DNA of 64,000 nucleotides from an uncultured Methanosarcinales archaeon (GCA_964645705.1 CAZYAB010000003.1:70068-134067), one strand, 5' to 3'. Counted from the stretch's first letter, positions 16,691-25,888 are shown. Numbers and translations are program-made. Notes: generated from the letters alone by a model not told the origin.

Positions 16691-17556
16691 ATTGCAACAC
16701 ATACTGCTCCTGCAATCATTATAGCACAACCAATTGCTTTATGAGCTAGGTTATGTTCATGGAATATTTCTCCTCCTGCAATTGTGCTTATTAATGTAGA
16801 CATTCTTTTTATTGGAATTACTAAACTAACATATGCAATGTTAATGGCTTGATAATAAAAATAAGTTGATCCTATGCCGAGCAATGCAATGAATGCTAAT
16901 GAAACACCTGATTGTTTTATTCCATGTTTTATGTCTTTAAACCCTTTATAGAATACAAATGTTATGGATGTGAAAATTATTGCAAAAAATACTTTATATA
17001 TAATTAGAAGCGTATACACATTAACTCCTTGAGTAAGAAGATATTTTTCTAATACTGCACTAACAGCATAGATCATCAATGCAAGTATAACGAATATTGT
17101 ATATTTTGATTTTATTATTTCTTTTAATGGATCTAATAAACTTTTTGCATGATGTTTTAATTCAAGAAAATATGTTCCAAATATTAATAGCAATATTCCA
17201 AACATTTGCAATCCTGTAAGTTTTTCACCTAAGAAGATAAATCCAAGAACTATCAAGAATAAAGGTGATAGGTTTTGTAAAGGAGCAACATTTGATAATT
17301 CCATGTGTTTTAGTGCTTTTACCGATAATATTCCTCCTATTGCACAAATAAGTGCTGCTCCAAATATCATAAAATAATATTTTAAAGCAAAATCAAAATT
17401 AGTTTTTTGAATAAATGCTAATGAAAATATTGCGCCAAATATTGACATCACTGTTAAAAATTCTGCAGCGTGTTCTTTTAATAAGGCTTTTTTTGCATAA
17501 ATCTGTTCAAGTGAAACTAAAATTGCTGATATTATGACAAGTATTATCCAATTCAT
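16687..17556 (-). CDS. EamA/DMT-family permease
   Basis: 289 aa, about 10 hydrophobic helices in two similar halves. Confidence 0.75.
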   Translation of the reverse strand: MNWIILVIISAILVSLEQIYAKKALLKEHAAEFLTVMSIFGAIFSLAFIQKTNFDFALKYYFMIFGAALICAIGGILSVKALKHMELSNVAPLQNLSPLFLIVLGFIFLGEKLTGLQMFGILLLIFGTYFLELKHHAKSLLDPLKEIIKSKYTIFVILALMIYAVSAVLEKYLLTQGVNVYTLLIIYKVFFAIIFTSITFVFYKGFKDIKHGIKQSGVSLAFIALLGIGSTYFYYQAINIAYVSLVIPIKRMSTLISTIAGGEIFHEHNLAHKAIGCAIMIAGAVCVAI

Positions 17557-17675
17557 TTTTTCTCTTTTTTTTGTTTATGGTTGTATATATATAATTATTA
17601 AAGCATTTCCAGTTTTTAAAGCTTTTTATGATAACAAGATTTATATATTATATTATTTAAGTAATTAGTATAGAA

Positions 17676-17930
17676 ATGAATATAACAAAGAAAATTGTAA
17701 TAGGAGTTAGCATTATTGTGTTTATTATTCTTATTGTTTATTTAGTAAAGATGAGTGTTTTTACGTATGATACTGTGAATACAGGACATGTTAAGGTTGA
17801 TTGTAAATTTAGGCAAGGAGTTTGTTTAACACCAATAAATGGAGAATGTCCTCCTTTTGATTTTTCTTATAAAACAATAGAAAATACTGATTGTGAAGCA
17901 CAAGATAAGGTATGTTGTGTTAAAAATTAA
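17676..17930 (+). CDS. Small membrane-anchored/secreted six-cysteine protein
   Basis: 84 aa with an N-terminal hydrophobic helix. The C-terminal half has the pattern C-x6-C-x7-C-x14-C-x6-CC. Confidence 0.55.
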   Translation: MNITKKIVIGVSIIVFIILIVYLVKMSVFTYDTVNTGHVKVDCKFRQGVCLTPINGECPPFDFSYKTIENTDCEAQDKVCCVKN

Positions 17931-18961
17931 AAGAATTTATTTAATCCTTGTTGTTTTTTGTCTTTTTCTTTTGTTTTTAGCTTTTTTAAAGTATTGTTGA
18001 TTCTCTCTTCTGTAAAATCATGTTTACTATGAAGTATGTGTTTAATTGCTTCTAAGTCTACTTCTTTCCATTCTAGTGTGTAGTCATCTGTAGTTGGCAT
18101 GTTTTTGATTAAGTCAAATATTATTTTCCATCCAATATCAAAAAATTCATTCCACTTAGCTTGTTCAAAAACTTTGTCAAAGTCTTTGCCGTGTTCTTTG
18201 ATTAATTTTAATGCTTTTTTTGGACCAATGCCTTTTATACCGCCATAATTATAATCTGTTCCTACTAAAATTGCAATTACTATCAATTGATCTTGGTCAA
18301 TTCCTAATAAATTTAATATCTTGGATATTTCTATTAATTCTGGTTTAACTGTTTTGTATGCTAATTGGCCTGGCTTTTTTCTTTTACCAGAAACTGATAA
18401 ATTTTTTATTAGTTTTGGTACTCCAAACAATAAAGCGTCTGCATCATTTGTTGATAATGCATAAACATCTCCTTTCTTAACCATATAAGCTGCTTGTGCT
18501 TCGCCCTCAGAAGGTGCTTGTATAACTGGCAATCCTAATGCTTTGATAAGTTCTTTTGCTTCTTGTATCATTTCTGTTGTTAATCTTGTTGTCATTGATG
18601 CATATTTTTTCATAGCATCAATGTCTTCATCCTTCATTGCTTTGTCATATTTTTTAGCTGCTTGGATCTTTATTTCTTTTCTTCTTTGTCTTTCTTTTGT
18701 CTTTAGTTCTGGTGGTTTGCCGTCAAAAACAAAGCATGGTTTAATATTATGTTCTAGCATCTTTGCTGTTCTGCTGAATAAACCTACCAAATGACTAGTT
18801 ACTTGGCCTTTTGAATCTTTTAATAAAGTGCCATCTCTTTGTCTTATTGTTGTCAAGAATTGGTATAAATACATGTGTGCGTCTATTGCAATCTTTTTTC
18901 CAGCTAAATCTTTTAAATTGATTTCTTTTGATTCTATTAATTGAAAGATTTTTGTGCCCAT
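17927..18961 (-). CDS. fen1: Flap endonuclease 1
   Basis: MGTKIFQLIE...IAIDAHMYLYQFL..., plus H3TH and C-terminal PIP-like QQGLNKFF. The start is moved to the ATG at 18959-18961, because the track's 22-aa extension runs into repeat E3. Confidence 0.95.
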   Translation of the reverse strand: MGTKIFQLIESKEINLKDLAGKKIAIDAHMYLYQFLTTIRQRDGTLLKDSKGQVTSHLVGLFSRTAKMLEHNIKPCFVFDGKPPELKTKERQRRKEIKIQAAKKYDKAMKDEDIDAMKKYASMTTRLTTEMIQEAKELIKALGLPVIQAPSEGEAQAAYMVKKGDVYALSTNDADALLFGVPKLIKNLSVSGKRKKPGQLAYKTVKPELIEISKILNLLGIDQDQLIVIAILVGTDYNYGGIKGIGPKKALKLIKEHGKDFDKVFEQAKWNEFFDIGWKIIFDLIKNMPTTDDYTLEWKEVDLEAIKHILHSKHDFTEERINNTLKKLKTKEKDKKQQGLNKFF

Positions 18962-19002
18962 TGTGTTTGGGTTGGTGGGGTGATATTTAAAGGTTATTAT
19001 GT

Positions 19003-19050
19003 CCCACCATCCTAGACCCCCAACCACCCGCCCTTGGTTAGGTAGTTGAG
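19003..19050 (+). repeat. C-rich intergenic repeat, copy E3
   Basis: CCCACCATCCTAGACCCCCAACCACCCGCCCTTGGTTAGGTAGTTGAG, with four C3+ tracts (loops 11, 5, 1). An upstream TGGTGGG (18973-18979) is complementary to CCCACCA (19003-19009). Confidence 0.7.
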
Positions 19051-19077
19051 CTATGTTTTTTGAATTTTTTATTAGAA

Positions 19078-20277
19078 TTATTCTTTACTTTCTTTTACCA
19101 ACCAATAACATATAATCCCTGGTATGAGTAATACAGAAGATAACATTATTACATATCTTGGGCCTATTGTATCAACTAAAAAACCTGCTATTGGCATTGA
19201 GATTATTGCTGCTAATGAGTGAAGCATTGATTTAATAGAACCAATTGTTGCTCTAAGTTTTTTTATTATAAATCTATGAAAGTACACATTTTCAACAGGT
19301 GTTTTTATTTCAAGAAAGAATTCTCCTAATAGCATAATACCTAAGGCAATTGCCCAGGTTTTTGCAAAGTATACTAAGAAATTGAATAATCCTGCTATTA
19401 TGATAATTCTGATGATAAATGATTTTTCTTTGTTTTTTGGTAATAATCTTTTTGATAATAATGGTGAAATGATTGTCACTCCCCACATTGCTGACCACAT
19501 ATAACCAAATGCATGATCTGGAAAATTTAGTTCTTGTAAAAATGGAATCCAACTTAATCCTTCGCCAAATGCTCCTGCAAATGCAAGAAAAAACATTCCC
19601 AGTAATATATAAAATAATGCTGGATGTGTTGAACTGTATTTTACTGATGTTTTTGTCTGGTTTACTAGTTCTTTGTATGATTGTTTAATATGTATCTTCT
19701 TTTTTTTGTAATTTTCTGGTATAAATAATAAGATAAAGATGCTAACTAAGAATGCTATGCCTGATGTTGGGAACACTATCCATAAACCAAAGTTCTTTAC
19801 AAGAAATGCTCCTAATAATCCAGATATAACCAAGCCAATGCTTAACAAACTTCTGCTTTTCATAAAATAATCATGTAATAATGATGGTTTTTTTGCTTTT
19901 ATCCAGTCTGTTACCCATGCTTCTTTTGCACCTGATGCAAATGTGACTGCTATTCCTGTTAAAATGAATACTAATAATGCAGAAGGAAATGTTTTTGCAA
20001 ATAATAAAGCCACAATCAAGATTGCTTCAAGAGAATGTCCTAATATGACTGAGAACTTTCTTCCATATATGTCTGCAACTGCACCTGTTGGTATTTCAAA
20101 TATTAATACTGATAAAGCTGTTGCAGCTATTAGTGTTCCTATCTGCGTTAGTGAGAAGTTAAGGTCTCTGAACCAGACTATAATAAAGACTGGTGCTACT
20201 TGAAGCATGAATGCTAGTACATGTTCTAGGTAGAATAATCCGCATATTTCTAGTTCTCTTTTTTCAAATATTTGCAT
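19078..20277 (-). CDS. MFS transporter
   Basis: 399 aa, polytopic, with MFS motif A (GAVADIYGRKF). It is the last gene of the rSAM operon. Confidence 0.85.
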   Translation of the reverse strand: MQIFEKRELEICGLFYLEHVLAFMLQVAPVFIIVWFRDLNFSLTQIGTLIAATALSVLIFEIPTGAVADIYGRKFSVILGHSLEAILIVALLFAKTFPSALLVFILTGIAVTFASGAKEAWVTDWIKAKKPSLLHDYFMKSRSLLSIGLVISGLLGAFLVKNFGLWIVFPTSGIAFLVSIFILLFIPENYKKKKIHIKQSYKELVNQTKTSVKYSSTHPALFYILLGMFFLAFAGAFGEGLSWIPFLQELNFPDHAFGYMWSAMWGVTIISPLLSKRLLPKNKEKSFIIRIIIIAGLFNFLVYFAKTWAIALGIMLLGEFFLEIKTPVENVYFHRFIIKKLRATIGSIKSMLHSLAAIISMPIAGFLVDTIGPRYVIMLSSVLLIPGIICYWLVKESKE

Positions 20278-20293
20278 AGAATTATTTTATGTT

Positions 20294-21073
20294 TTATAAT
20301 ATATAAATCATTCTATCTTCTTGGGTCTGATGAACTATAGGTTCTATTAATCTATTTACCACAAATTCTAATTCTCTTAATTTTCTTTCATTTAACATTG
20401 TTTTTGGGTTTGTAGATCCTGGAGTAAAACCTTTATTATTAATCCCAAAACTCTCAGCAACATTATAAAAGAATATTCTAGACACATCCATATATTCTGG
20501 AAAAAATCTTTTCCATTCATCATAAGTAAAACTACTTCTTAAAGAATTTTCAAACAATCTTTTATTTTGCTCATCATAATGTCCTGCTAAATATCCTAAA
20601 AACAATCTTTGTAAAATATCTTCACTTGCAGGCCTAATCAAATCCCTAATAAAAATTCCTCCGTCTGGTTTAACAACTCTCAAAATTTCATTAATTGTTT
20701 TTCTTGGATCTTCTAAATGATGTAGTAATGAATGACACATGACCAAATCAAAACTTTCAGACTCGTAGGGCAGATTATTAGAATCACCAACCTCATACAT
20801 GGTTTGAGGATCTTGTTTCTTAGCATATTCAATTAACCTTTCATCAATATCTAAACCATACAATTCATAACCTTGTATTTGATCCTCATCTTCCCTTATT
20901 TGTCTTAACATTTTTCCAGTTCCACATCCAATATCTAATATTTTACCAAATGAACACAATTCTAAAGCTCTATTCAAGAAATAATCATTTACTAAATCAA
21001 GAGTTTTTAAATTATCATAAGCTAACATTATGTCTACATCTCCCATATCATCCATTTCTAGTATTCTTTTCAT
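20294..21073 (-). CDS. Class I SAM-dependent methyltransferase
   Basis: ILDIGCGTGKM (motif I), GLDIDE, FDLVMCHSLLHHL and VKPDGGIF. It overlaps the rSAM gene by 4 nt. Confidence 0.85.
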   Translation of the reverse strand: MKRILEMDDMGDVDIMLAYDNLKTLDLVNDYFLNRALELCSFGKILDIGCGTGKMLRQIREDEDQIQGYELYGLDIDERLIEYAKKQDPQTMYEVGDSNNLPYESESFDLVMCHSLLHHLEDPRKTINEILRVVKPDGGIFIRDLIRPASEDILQRLFLGYLAGHYDEQNKRLFENSLRSSFTYDEWKRFFPEYMDVSRIFFYNVAESFGINNKGFTPGSTNPKTMLNERKLRELEFVVNRLIEPIVHQTQEDRMIYIL

Positions 21074-22128
21074 GATGCAATACCCTCTTTGTTAATTCTT
21101 TCAACACAATATGGATCATTATTTGTTGATCCAGTAAGTGCTTCACTTATTATTGGACAACCACCCCTGCAAATTTCACCAAATTCACATTCAGAACAAA
21201 ACCCTTTTAGGCAAGATTTAGTAAATTTTCTATTATAAGGAAAAGCATTTTTGTTATTCCAAATGTCTTTTAATGATTTATCATTTAAATTGCCTTCAAT
21301 AAATTTATCTTTCATAGCAAGACAACCTTTTATAGAACCATTACTCATTATTCCTATCTCAAAAATCCCAGAATAACAACCAGTCCAAAATGGTAAAGAA
21401 TTTTCTTCTTTTTGGATTCTATATTTTTCTTCAAATCCACCAAAATATCCTACATTACACCCTGGATAGATTCTAACTTTCTTTTCCTTATTCTTCTCAA
21501 TAATAAATTCTATAAGTTTTCTCAAATCCTTTTTAGGGATCATAAAATCAGAACTCATTCTTCCAACAGGCATTGCTAATTGTATTTGCCAGACTTCAAC
21601 ACATAATTTTACAATTATATTATAAATTTCATCTAATTCCAGAAAATTAAATTTAGAAACAGTTGTCGCAATGCTTATTTTGATTCCATTTGACTTTAAT
21701 CTTTTAATAGTATTAATTATCTTATCAAAAACTCCTTTTCCTCTTATAGAGTCATTTGTTTCTTTTTTACCATCAATGCTTATTCCAAAATTATTTATTT
21801 TTGCTTTTTTTAGTTTACTAATAACTTCATCATTCATAATAGTTCCATTTGAAACAAAATTAACTTTTATTCCTAATTCATTCAATCTTTTAGAAACAGG
21901 AAACCACCTATCAGAAATCAAGGGTTCACCACCTATTAAAGTTACTTCTTTAGTTCCCAGTTCTTTTAGTTCATCACATAATTTCAGAGACCTATCTAAT
22001 GAAAGTTCATTTTTTCTACACTTTCCTGCAGATGAGCCACAATGTTTACAATTTAAATTACATGCTAATGTTAGTTCCCATGTAATATTGATAGGCTGCA
22101 ATCTAGAAGAATCTATTATTTCTTTCAT
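21070..22128 (-). CDS. Radical SAM enzyme with a C-terminal SPASM-type auxiliary Fe-S domain
   Basis: CNLNCKHC (CX3CX2C) at residues 23-30, and GGEPL. The C-terminus reads GCYSG...GSIKGC...GNL...IW...CSECEFGEICRGGCP...DPYC. Confidence 0.9.
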   Translation of the reverse strand: MKEIIDSSRLQPINITWELTLACNLNCKHCGSSAGKCRKNELSLDRSLKLCDELKELGTKEVTLIGGEPLISDRWFPVSKRLNELGIKVNFVSNGTIMNDEVISKLKKAKINNFGISIDGKKETNDSIRGKGVFDKIINTIKRLKSNGIKISIATTVSKFNFLELDEIYNIIVKLCVEVWQIQLAMPVGRMSSDFMIPKKDLRKLIEFIIEKNKEKKVRIYPGCNVGYFGGFEEKYRIQKEENSLPFWTGCYSGIFEIGIMSNGSIKGCLAMKDKFIEGNLNDKSLKDIWNNKNAFPYNRKFTKSCLKGFCSECEFGEICRGGCPIISEALTGSTNNDPYCVERINKEGIAS

Positions 22129-22141
22129 GTTTTCTAGATCT

Positions 22142-22264
22142 CTATATTCTCAAATCACTTCTGCATGAATAGATGCTTGAAAAACCAGCCAAAACTAAGC
22201 TTGCTCCACATTTTCCTTTAGCTAGCTTTTCAGCTACTCTTTGTTTTATTTGTTTGGCTTTCAT
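22142..22264 (-). CDS. Unannotated 40-aa peptide, candidate precursor/substrate of the downstream rSAM/SPASM enzyme
   Basis: Hand translation gives MKAKQIKQRVAEKLAKGKCGASLVLAGFSSIYSCRSDLRI*. The stop lies 13 nt before the rSAM ATG, and a TATA-like box lies ~26 nt upstream of its ATG. It is below the 60-aa threshold of the track. Confidence 0.45.
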   Translation of the reverse strand: MKAKQIKQRVAEKLAKGKCGASLVLAGFSSIYSCRSDLRI

Positions 22265-22286
22265 ACATAATAGGATAGTAATTTAA

Positions 22287-22295
22287 ATATATAAA
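22287..22295 (-). promoter_or_regulatory. TATA-box candidate for the peptide-rSAM operon (leaderless or short-leader mRNA)
   Basis: The minus strand reads TTTATATAT, centred ~26 nt upstream of the ATG at 22264. Confidence 0.35.
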
Positions 22296-22331
22296 CAATT
22301 GTTGTGGAAATTCTACTACAATATAGAAATA

Positions 22332-22340
22332 TTTATATAT
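22332..22340 (+). promoter_or_regulatory. TATA-box candidate for the divergent TrmB-family regulator
   Basis: TTTATATAT centred ~28 nt upstream of the ATG at 22364. Confidence 0.35.
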
Positions 22341-22363
22341 AATAATCAACTATAATATTCAAT

Positions 22364-23089
22364 ATGATCTCAAAACAAGAAGTATTAAAAGAATTAGGTT
22401 TGAATAACAAAGAAGTTTCAGTCTATGTATCATTACTTATGCTAGGCCAATCACCTGTTAATATAATAGCTAAAAAATCCAAATTAAATAGAGTAACTAC
22501 TTATGATATCTTAAAATCATTATTAGATAAAGGCTATGTATCATATGTAATAAAATCGGGTGTCAAATATTTTGAGGCAACAAATCCATCAATATTCATG
22601 CATAATCTTAAAGAAAAACAGAGTAAATTAAGGAAAGTTCTCCCTGAATTGAAAGCAATAAAAAGATCAATTAGAAGAAAGCCAAGTATTGAGATGTATG
22701 AAGAAATAAAGGGTTTAAAGTCTATATTTAATGATATTCTTAAGGAAAATAAAGAAACATGGTTTATTGGTGCCCCCAAGATGATAGGTAAGTTAAAATT
22801 TTATTTTCCTCATTTTATTAAACAAAAAAGAAAACAAAACATGTTTTCAAGAGTTATAACAACTGATTGCAGATCAATGAGAAAATATAAAAGAAAAGCT
22901 CCTAAAAAATATATTGGTATGAGATTTATTAACGATAAAATTAATACAACCAAAATTATTTATGAAAATAAGATTGCTTATTTAACGTTTAAAGATAAGA
23001 ATTCAATAGGAATAATAATTGATAATAAAGAGATTGCTAAACAAGAAAAAGCATTGTTTAATATATTATGGAAAAATTCTAAGAAATAA
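22364..23089 (+). CDS. TrmB-family winged-helix transcriptional regulator
   Basis: The N-terminus LGLNNKEVSVYVSLLMLGQSPVNIIAKKSKLNRVTTYDILKSLLDKGYV is typical of the TrmB HTH. Confidence 0.8.
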   Translation: MISKQEVLKELGLNNKEVSVYVSLLMLGQSPVNIIAKKSKLNRVTTYDILKSLLDKGYVSYVIKSGVKYFEATNPSIFMHNLKEKQSKLRKVLPELKAIKRSIRRKPSIEMYEEIKGLKSIFNDILKENKETWFIGAPKMIGKLKFYFPHFIKQKRKQNMFSRVITTDCRSMRKYKRKAPKKYIGMRFINDKINTTKIIYENKIAYLTFKDKNSIGIIIDNKEIAKQEKALFNILWKNSKK

Positions 23090-23091
23090 AA

Positions 23092-24237
23092 TCATTCTAT
23101 CTTCTTAACAACCAAACCTTTAAACTCTTTGTTAAGCATTTGTTCAGCTTTTTTAGTAACTTTACCAAGAGATAAATAAATTACAGGAAGTTTTTTGTTC
23201 TGACCTTTAATATATGCAGTTGAAAGATCACCTTCATTAGATCTCTTTTTCTTCTTAGCACAACAATAATAATCAACTGAACCAATTGCTGCAGGCACAG
23301 AAACAACTAAATCAATTTCACCTTTTTTAATTATTTCATAGTCTTTTATCTTCATTCCATTTGATTTCATGTATTCTCTTACTTGTACAAAGAATGCATC
23401 TTTTTCTTTTTCTACTCTTTCAGAGATAGGGACAATCTTTTTCTGAACTGCGGGTTTTATAGGTTCTTTACCTGTTTTTAATCTTTCTAGTTTTACTCTT
23501 TCCTGTCTAATCTCTTCCATCATTTGCATTAGTTCATTTCTTTGCTTTTTCATTTCTCTTTGTTGTTCTGAGAACAATTTTCTTTGCTTTTCTAGTTCTT
23601 TGTGTTCTTGTTCAATCTTTAGATGAAGCTCTTTTTCTAATTCCTTTTTCTCTTTTAATAACTCTTTTTCTTTTTTTTCTATTTCTTTCTTTTTTTCTAA
23701 GATGTCTTGTTTTTTACCAGGTTCTTCAATTTCTCTTTTAACAGGTTCTTTTTTCTTTTCTATTTTGAGTTTTTCCACTTTTCTCTTTGGTTTTGGAGCT
23801 AACATTTCTTTTATCAAACTTTGCGCTTGATTATTATCAAGCATATAAAATTTCCAGAAAATATGTTTTTGATTCTTAAAATTAACAACAAGTGAAACTG
23901 CAAAATCTTTTAAATTTCTAAGAGTTGCTTTTGTCATATTGTCTAATTTACTTTCTCTTAATATTCTTTTTTGTTTTAATAAATCAAATATTCTTTTTTC
24001 ATTATTATTCAGTTTGTCAGAGAATTCTTGCAATTTCTCTTTTTGAGAATCAACATAATATAATGGTGAACTACCTATTTTTAAATGGCTAAATTTGATC
24101 TTTTTCTTAGAAACTAATTCTGATAAATATGCGCCTGCATATGTAGTATTTATTTTGAAATGTTTTGCTACTTTAATTGATAACAAAGGGCCATTTTTTT
24201 GTACAAAATCCAAAACATCGTCTGGTGTCAATACCAT
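23092..24237 (-). CDS. Hypothetical protein: two winged-helix-like modules, a K/E coiled coil and a C-terminal PD-(D/E)XK-like module
   Basis: 381 aa. It contains ~120 aa of EKK/KEL heptad-like low complexity. The C-terminus reads GEIDLVVSV...YYCCAKKKK. Domain calls are tentative. Confidence 0.6.
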   Translation of the reverse strand: MVLTPDDVLDFVQKNGPLLSIKVAKHFKINTTYAGAYLSELVSKKKIKFSHLKIGSSPLYYVDSQKEKLQEFSDKLNNNEKRIFDLLKQKRILRESKLDNMTKATLRNLKDFAVSLVVNFKNQKHIFWKFYMLDNNQAQSLIKEMLAPKPKRKVEKLKIEKKKEPVKREIEEPGKKQDILEKKKEIEKKEKELLKEKKELEKELHLKIEQEHKELEKQRKLFSEQQREMKKQRNELMQMMEEIRQERVKLERLKTGKEPIKPAVQKKIVPISERVEKEKDAFFVQVREYMKSNGMKIKDYEIIKKGEIDLVVSVPAAIGSVDYYCCAKKKKRSNEGDLSTAYIKGQNKKLPVIYLSLGKVTKKAEQMLNKEFKGLVVKKIE

Positions 24238-24285
24238 GATTCGGTAGAAAGAAAAGGGTTTTATAAAGATTTCTATACTAAAAAC

Positions 24286-24903
24286 CTAAGGTCTTTTCCA
24301 AGCAACTTCCCAGTAAGTAACATCGCCTTCTTCGTCAACTACGCCAATAAGAAGTCTTTTCTTTGTACTGTGTGCTACTCTGTTTTTAGCTGAGAAATCA
24401 TGCCATGTTAATGTAGAACCCTCATGAACAGGGAATACAACCCATTTGGCATGGTCTTCGCCAGGTTTAATACCTCTATCATAAACTCTGAAATCTGCAC
24501 CAAACTTAAGAGCAGTTTTGATTATATAGCCTCTGTTTCTGAAATCTCTGAATACGCAATATCTGATCCAAAAATTAGGTTCTGTTTTTTGTGCTTTTTT
24601 TATGAATTTTTCACCTGATATTGGTTTGTTTCTCCCATCTAAGATAACCATCTTACCTTTTTCTGATAAATATAATGCTTCACAAAGTGATAATTGTACT
24701 TTTTTATCGTCAAGAATCTTTCCATAGCAACTTTTATTATAAAGTTCTCTTGCTTCATCAGTGTCTTCTGATATAACTCTTTCTTTTGCAAAAATTGATC
24801 TAATAGGTTCTTTTTTTGGTTTGTTTTCTAGATCTTTGTCTTTTTTGTCCTGTTTTGCTATTTTTTCTTCTTTTGATTTCTTTTCTTTTTTCTTTTTAGC
24901 CAT
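24286..24903 (-). CDS. endA: tRNA-splicing endonuclease
   Basis: LSLCEALYL...FWIRYCVFRDFRNRGYIIKTALKFGADFRVY...HAKWVV, with a Lys-rich N-terminal extension. Confidence 0.85.
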   Translation of the reverse strand: MAKKKKEKKSKEEKIAKQDKKDKDLENKPKKEPIRSIFAKERVISEDTDEARELYNKSCYGKILDDKKVQLSLCEALYLSEKGKMVILDGRNKPISGEKFIKKAQKTEPNFWIRYCVFRDFRNRGYIIKTALKFGADFRVYDRGIKPGEDHAKWVVFPVHEGSTLTWHDFSAKNRVAHSTKKRLLIGVVDEEGDVTYWEVAWKRP

Positions 24904-24958
24904 ATTAGTAGTAAAAAAGGGGGATAAATTTAAAAAGCTTTCTATAGTAATATACTAT

Positions 24959-25858
24959 ATGCAATTAACATTTTTAGGAACATCGTGTATGGTGCCAACT
25001 AAAGAAAGAAATGTACCAGGAGTTTTTCTTAAATATAAGTCTGAAGGAATATTATTTGATTGTGGTGAAGGAACACAAAGACAGATGAATATTACAGGAA
25101 TCAATAGAAACAAAGTTACAATGATTCTTTTAACGCATTGGCATGGTGATCATGTTGCAGGTATAATTGGTTTGTTGCAAACAATGGGTAATAGAGAGTT
25201 TAATCCTAAAGTTGAGATCTTTGGACCAAAAGGCACAAAAAAAAGATTGTGTTTGTTAATGGATGCTATACATTTTGACGTCATGATTAGGTTGAAGGTT
25301 CATGATATTGATGCTAAAAAGCCTGAAGCAATATTTAATTGTAAAGATTTTAAGATAATAGCAGCTAATATGAAGCACAATGTTCCATGCGTAGCTTATT
25401 CATTTATTGAAAAAGACAGAAAAAATATTGATAAATCATTTTTAGAAAAAAATAAAATAAAAGACGGGCCGCATCTTAAGAAATTAAGTGCTGGAAAAGA
25501 TATTGTGTACAAAGGTAAGAAGTATAAAGCACAAGATGCTACTTATATTATCAAAGGTAAAAAGATTAGTTATGTTGTAGATACAGAAGTTTGTAATAAT
25601 GCAATTGAATTAGCAAGAGATTCTGATATATTGATATGTGAATCAACATATTCATCTAAGTTAAGAGATAAAGCAGAACAAAGAAAGCACATGACATCAA
25701 AAGATGCAGCAATGATTGCTAATCAAGCTAATGTCAAAAAGTTAATATTGACACATTTTTCTCAAAGATATAAAAACACTTTAGAATTACAAGAGGATGC
25801 ACAAACTTATTTTGATAATGTTATTTGTGCTGAAGATTTTATGAAGATTAGTTTGTGA
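24959..25858 (+). CDS. rnz: Ribonuclease Z (tRNA 3' processing, metallo-beta-lactamase)
   Basis: MQLTFLGTS..., and the LTHWHGDHVAG (HxHxDH) motif. The start is moved to the ATG at 24959, because the track's extension is antisense to endA. Confidence 0.9.
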   Translation: MQLTFLGTSCMVPTKERNVPGVFLKYKSEGILFDCGEGTQRQMNITGINRNKVTMILLTHWHGDHVAGIIGLLQTMGNREFNPKVEIFGPKGTKKRLCLLMDAIHFDVMIRLKVHDIDAKKPEAIFNCKDFKIIAANMKHNVPCVAYSFIEKDRKNIDKSFLEKNKIKDGPHLKKLSAGKDIVYKGKKYKAQDATYIIKGKKISYVVDTEVCNNAIELARDSDILICESTYSSKLRDKAEQRKHMTSKDAAMIANQANVKKLILTHFSQRYKNTLELQEDAQTYFDNVICAEDFMKISL

Positions 25859-25888
25859 GAAAAATAAAAAAAAATAAAATTAATTCAA

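Noticed and set aside
18962-19027. N-terminal extensions in the ORF track (fen1 to 19027, rnz from 24761, L18e to 31821, S13 to 34303, Trm5 to 16729, L24 to 51157, L14 to 51528, RpoN to 30612)
   Set aside because: The conserved protein N-termini begin at internal Met codons. The extensions run into repeats, neighbouring genes or antisense sequence, so they are artefacts of the longest-ORF rule.
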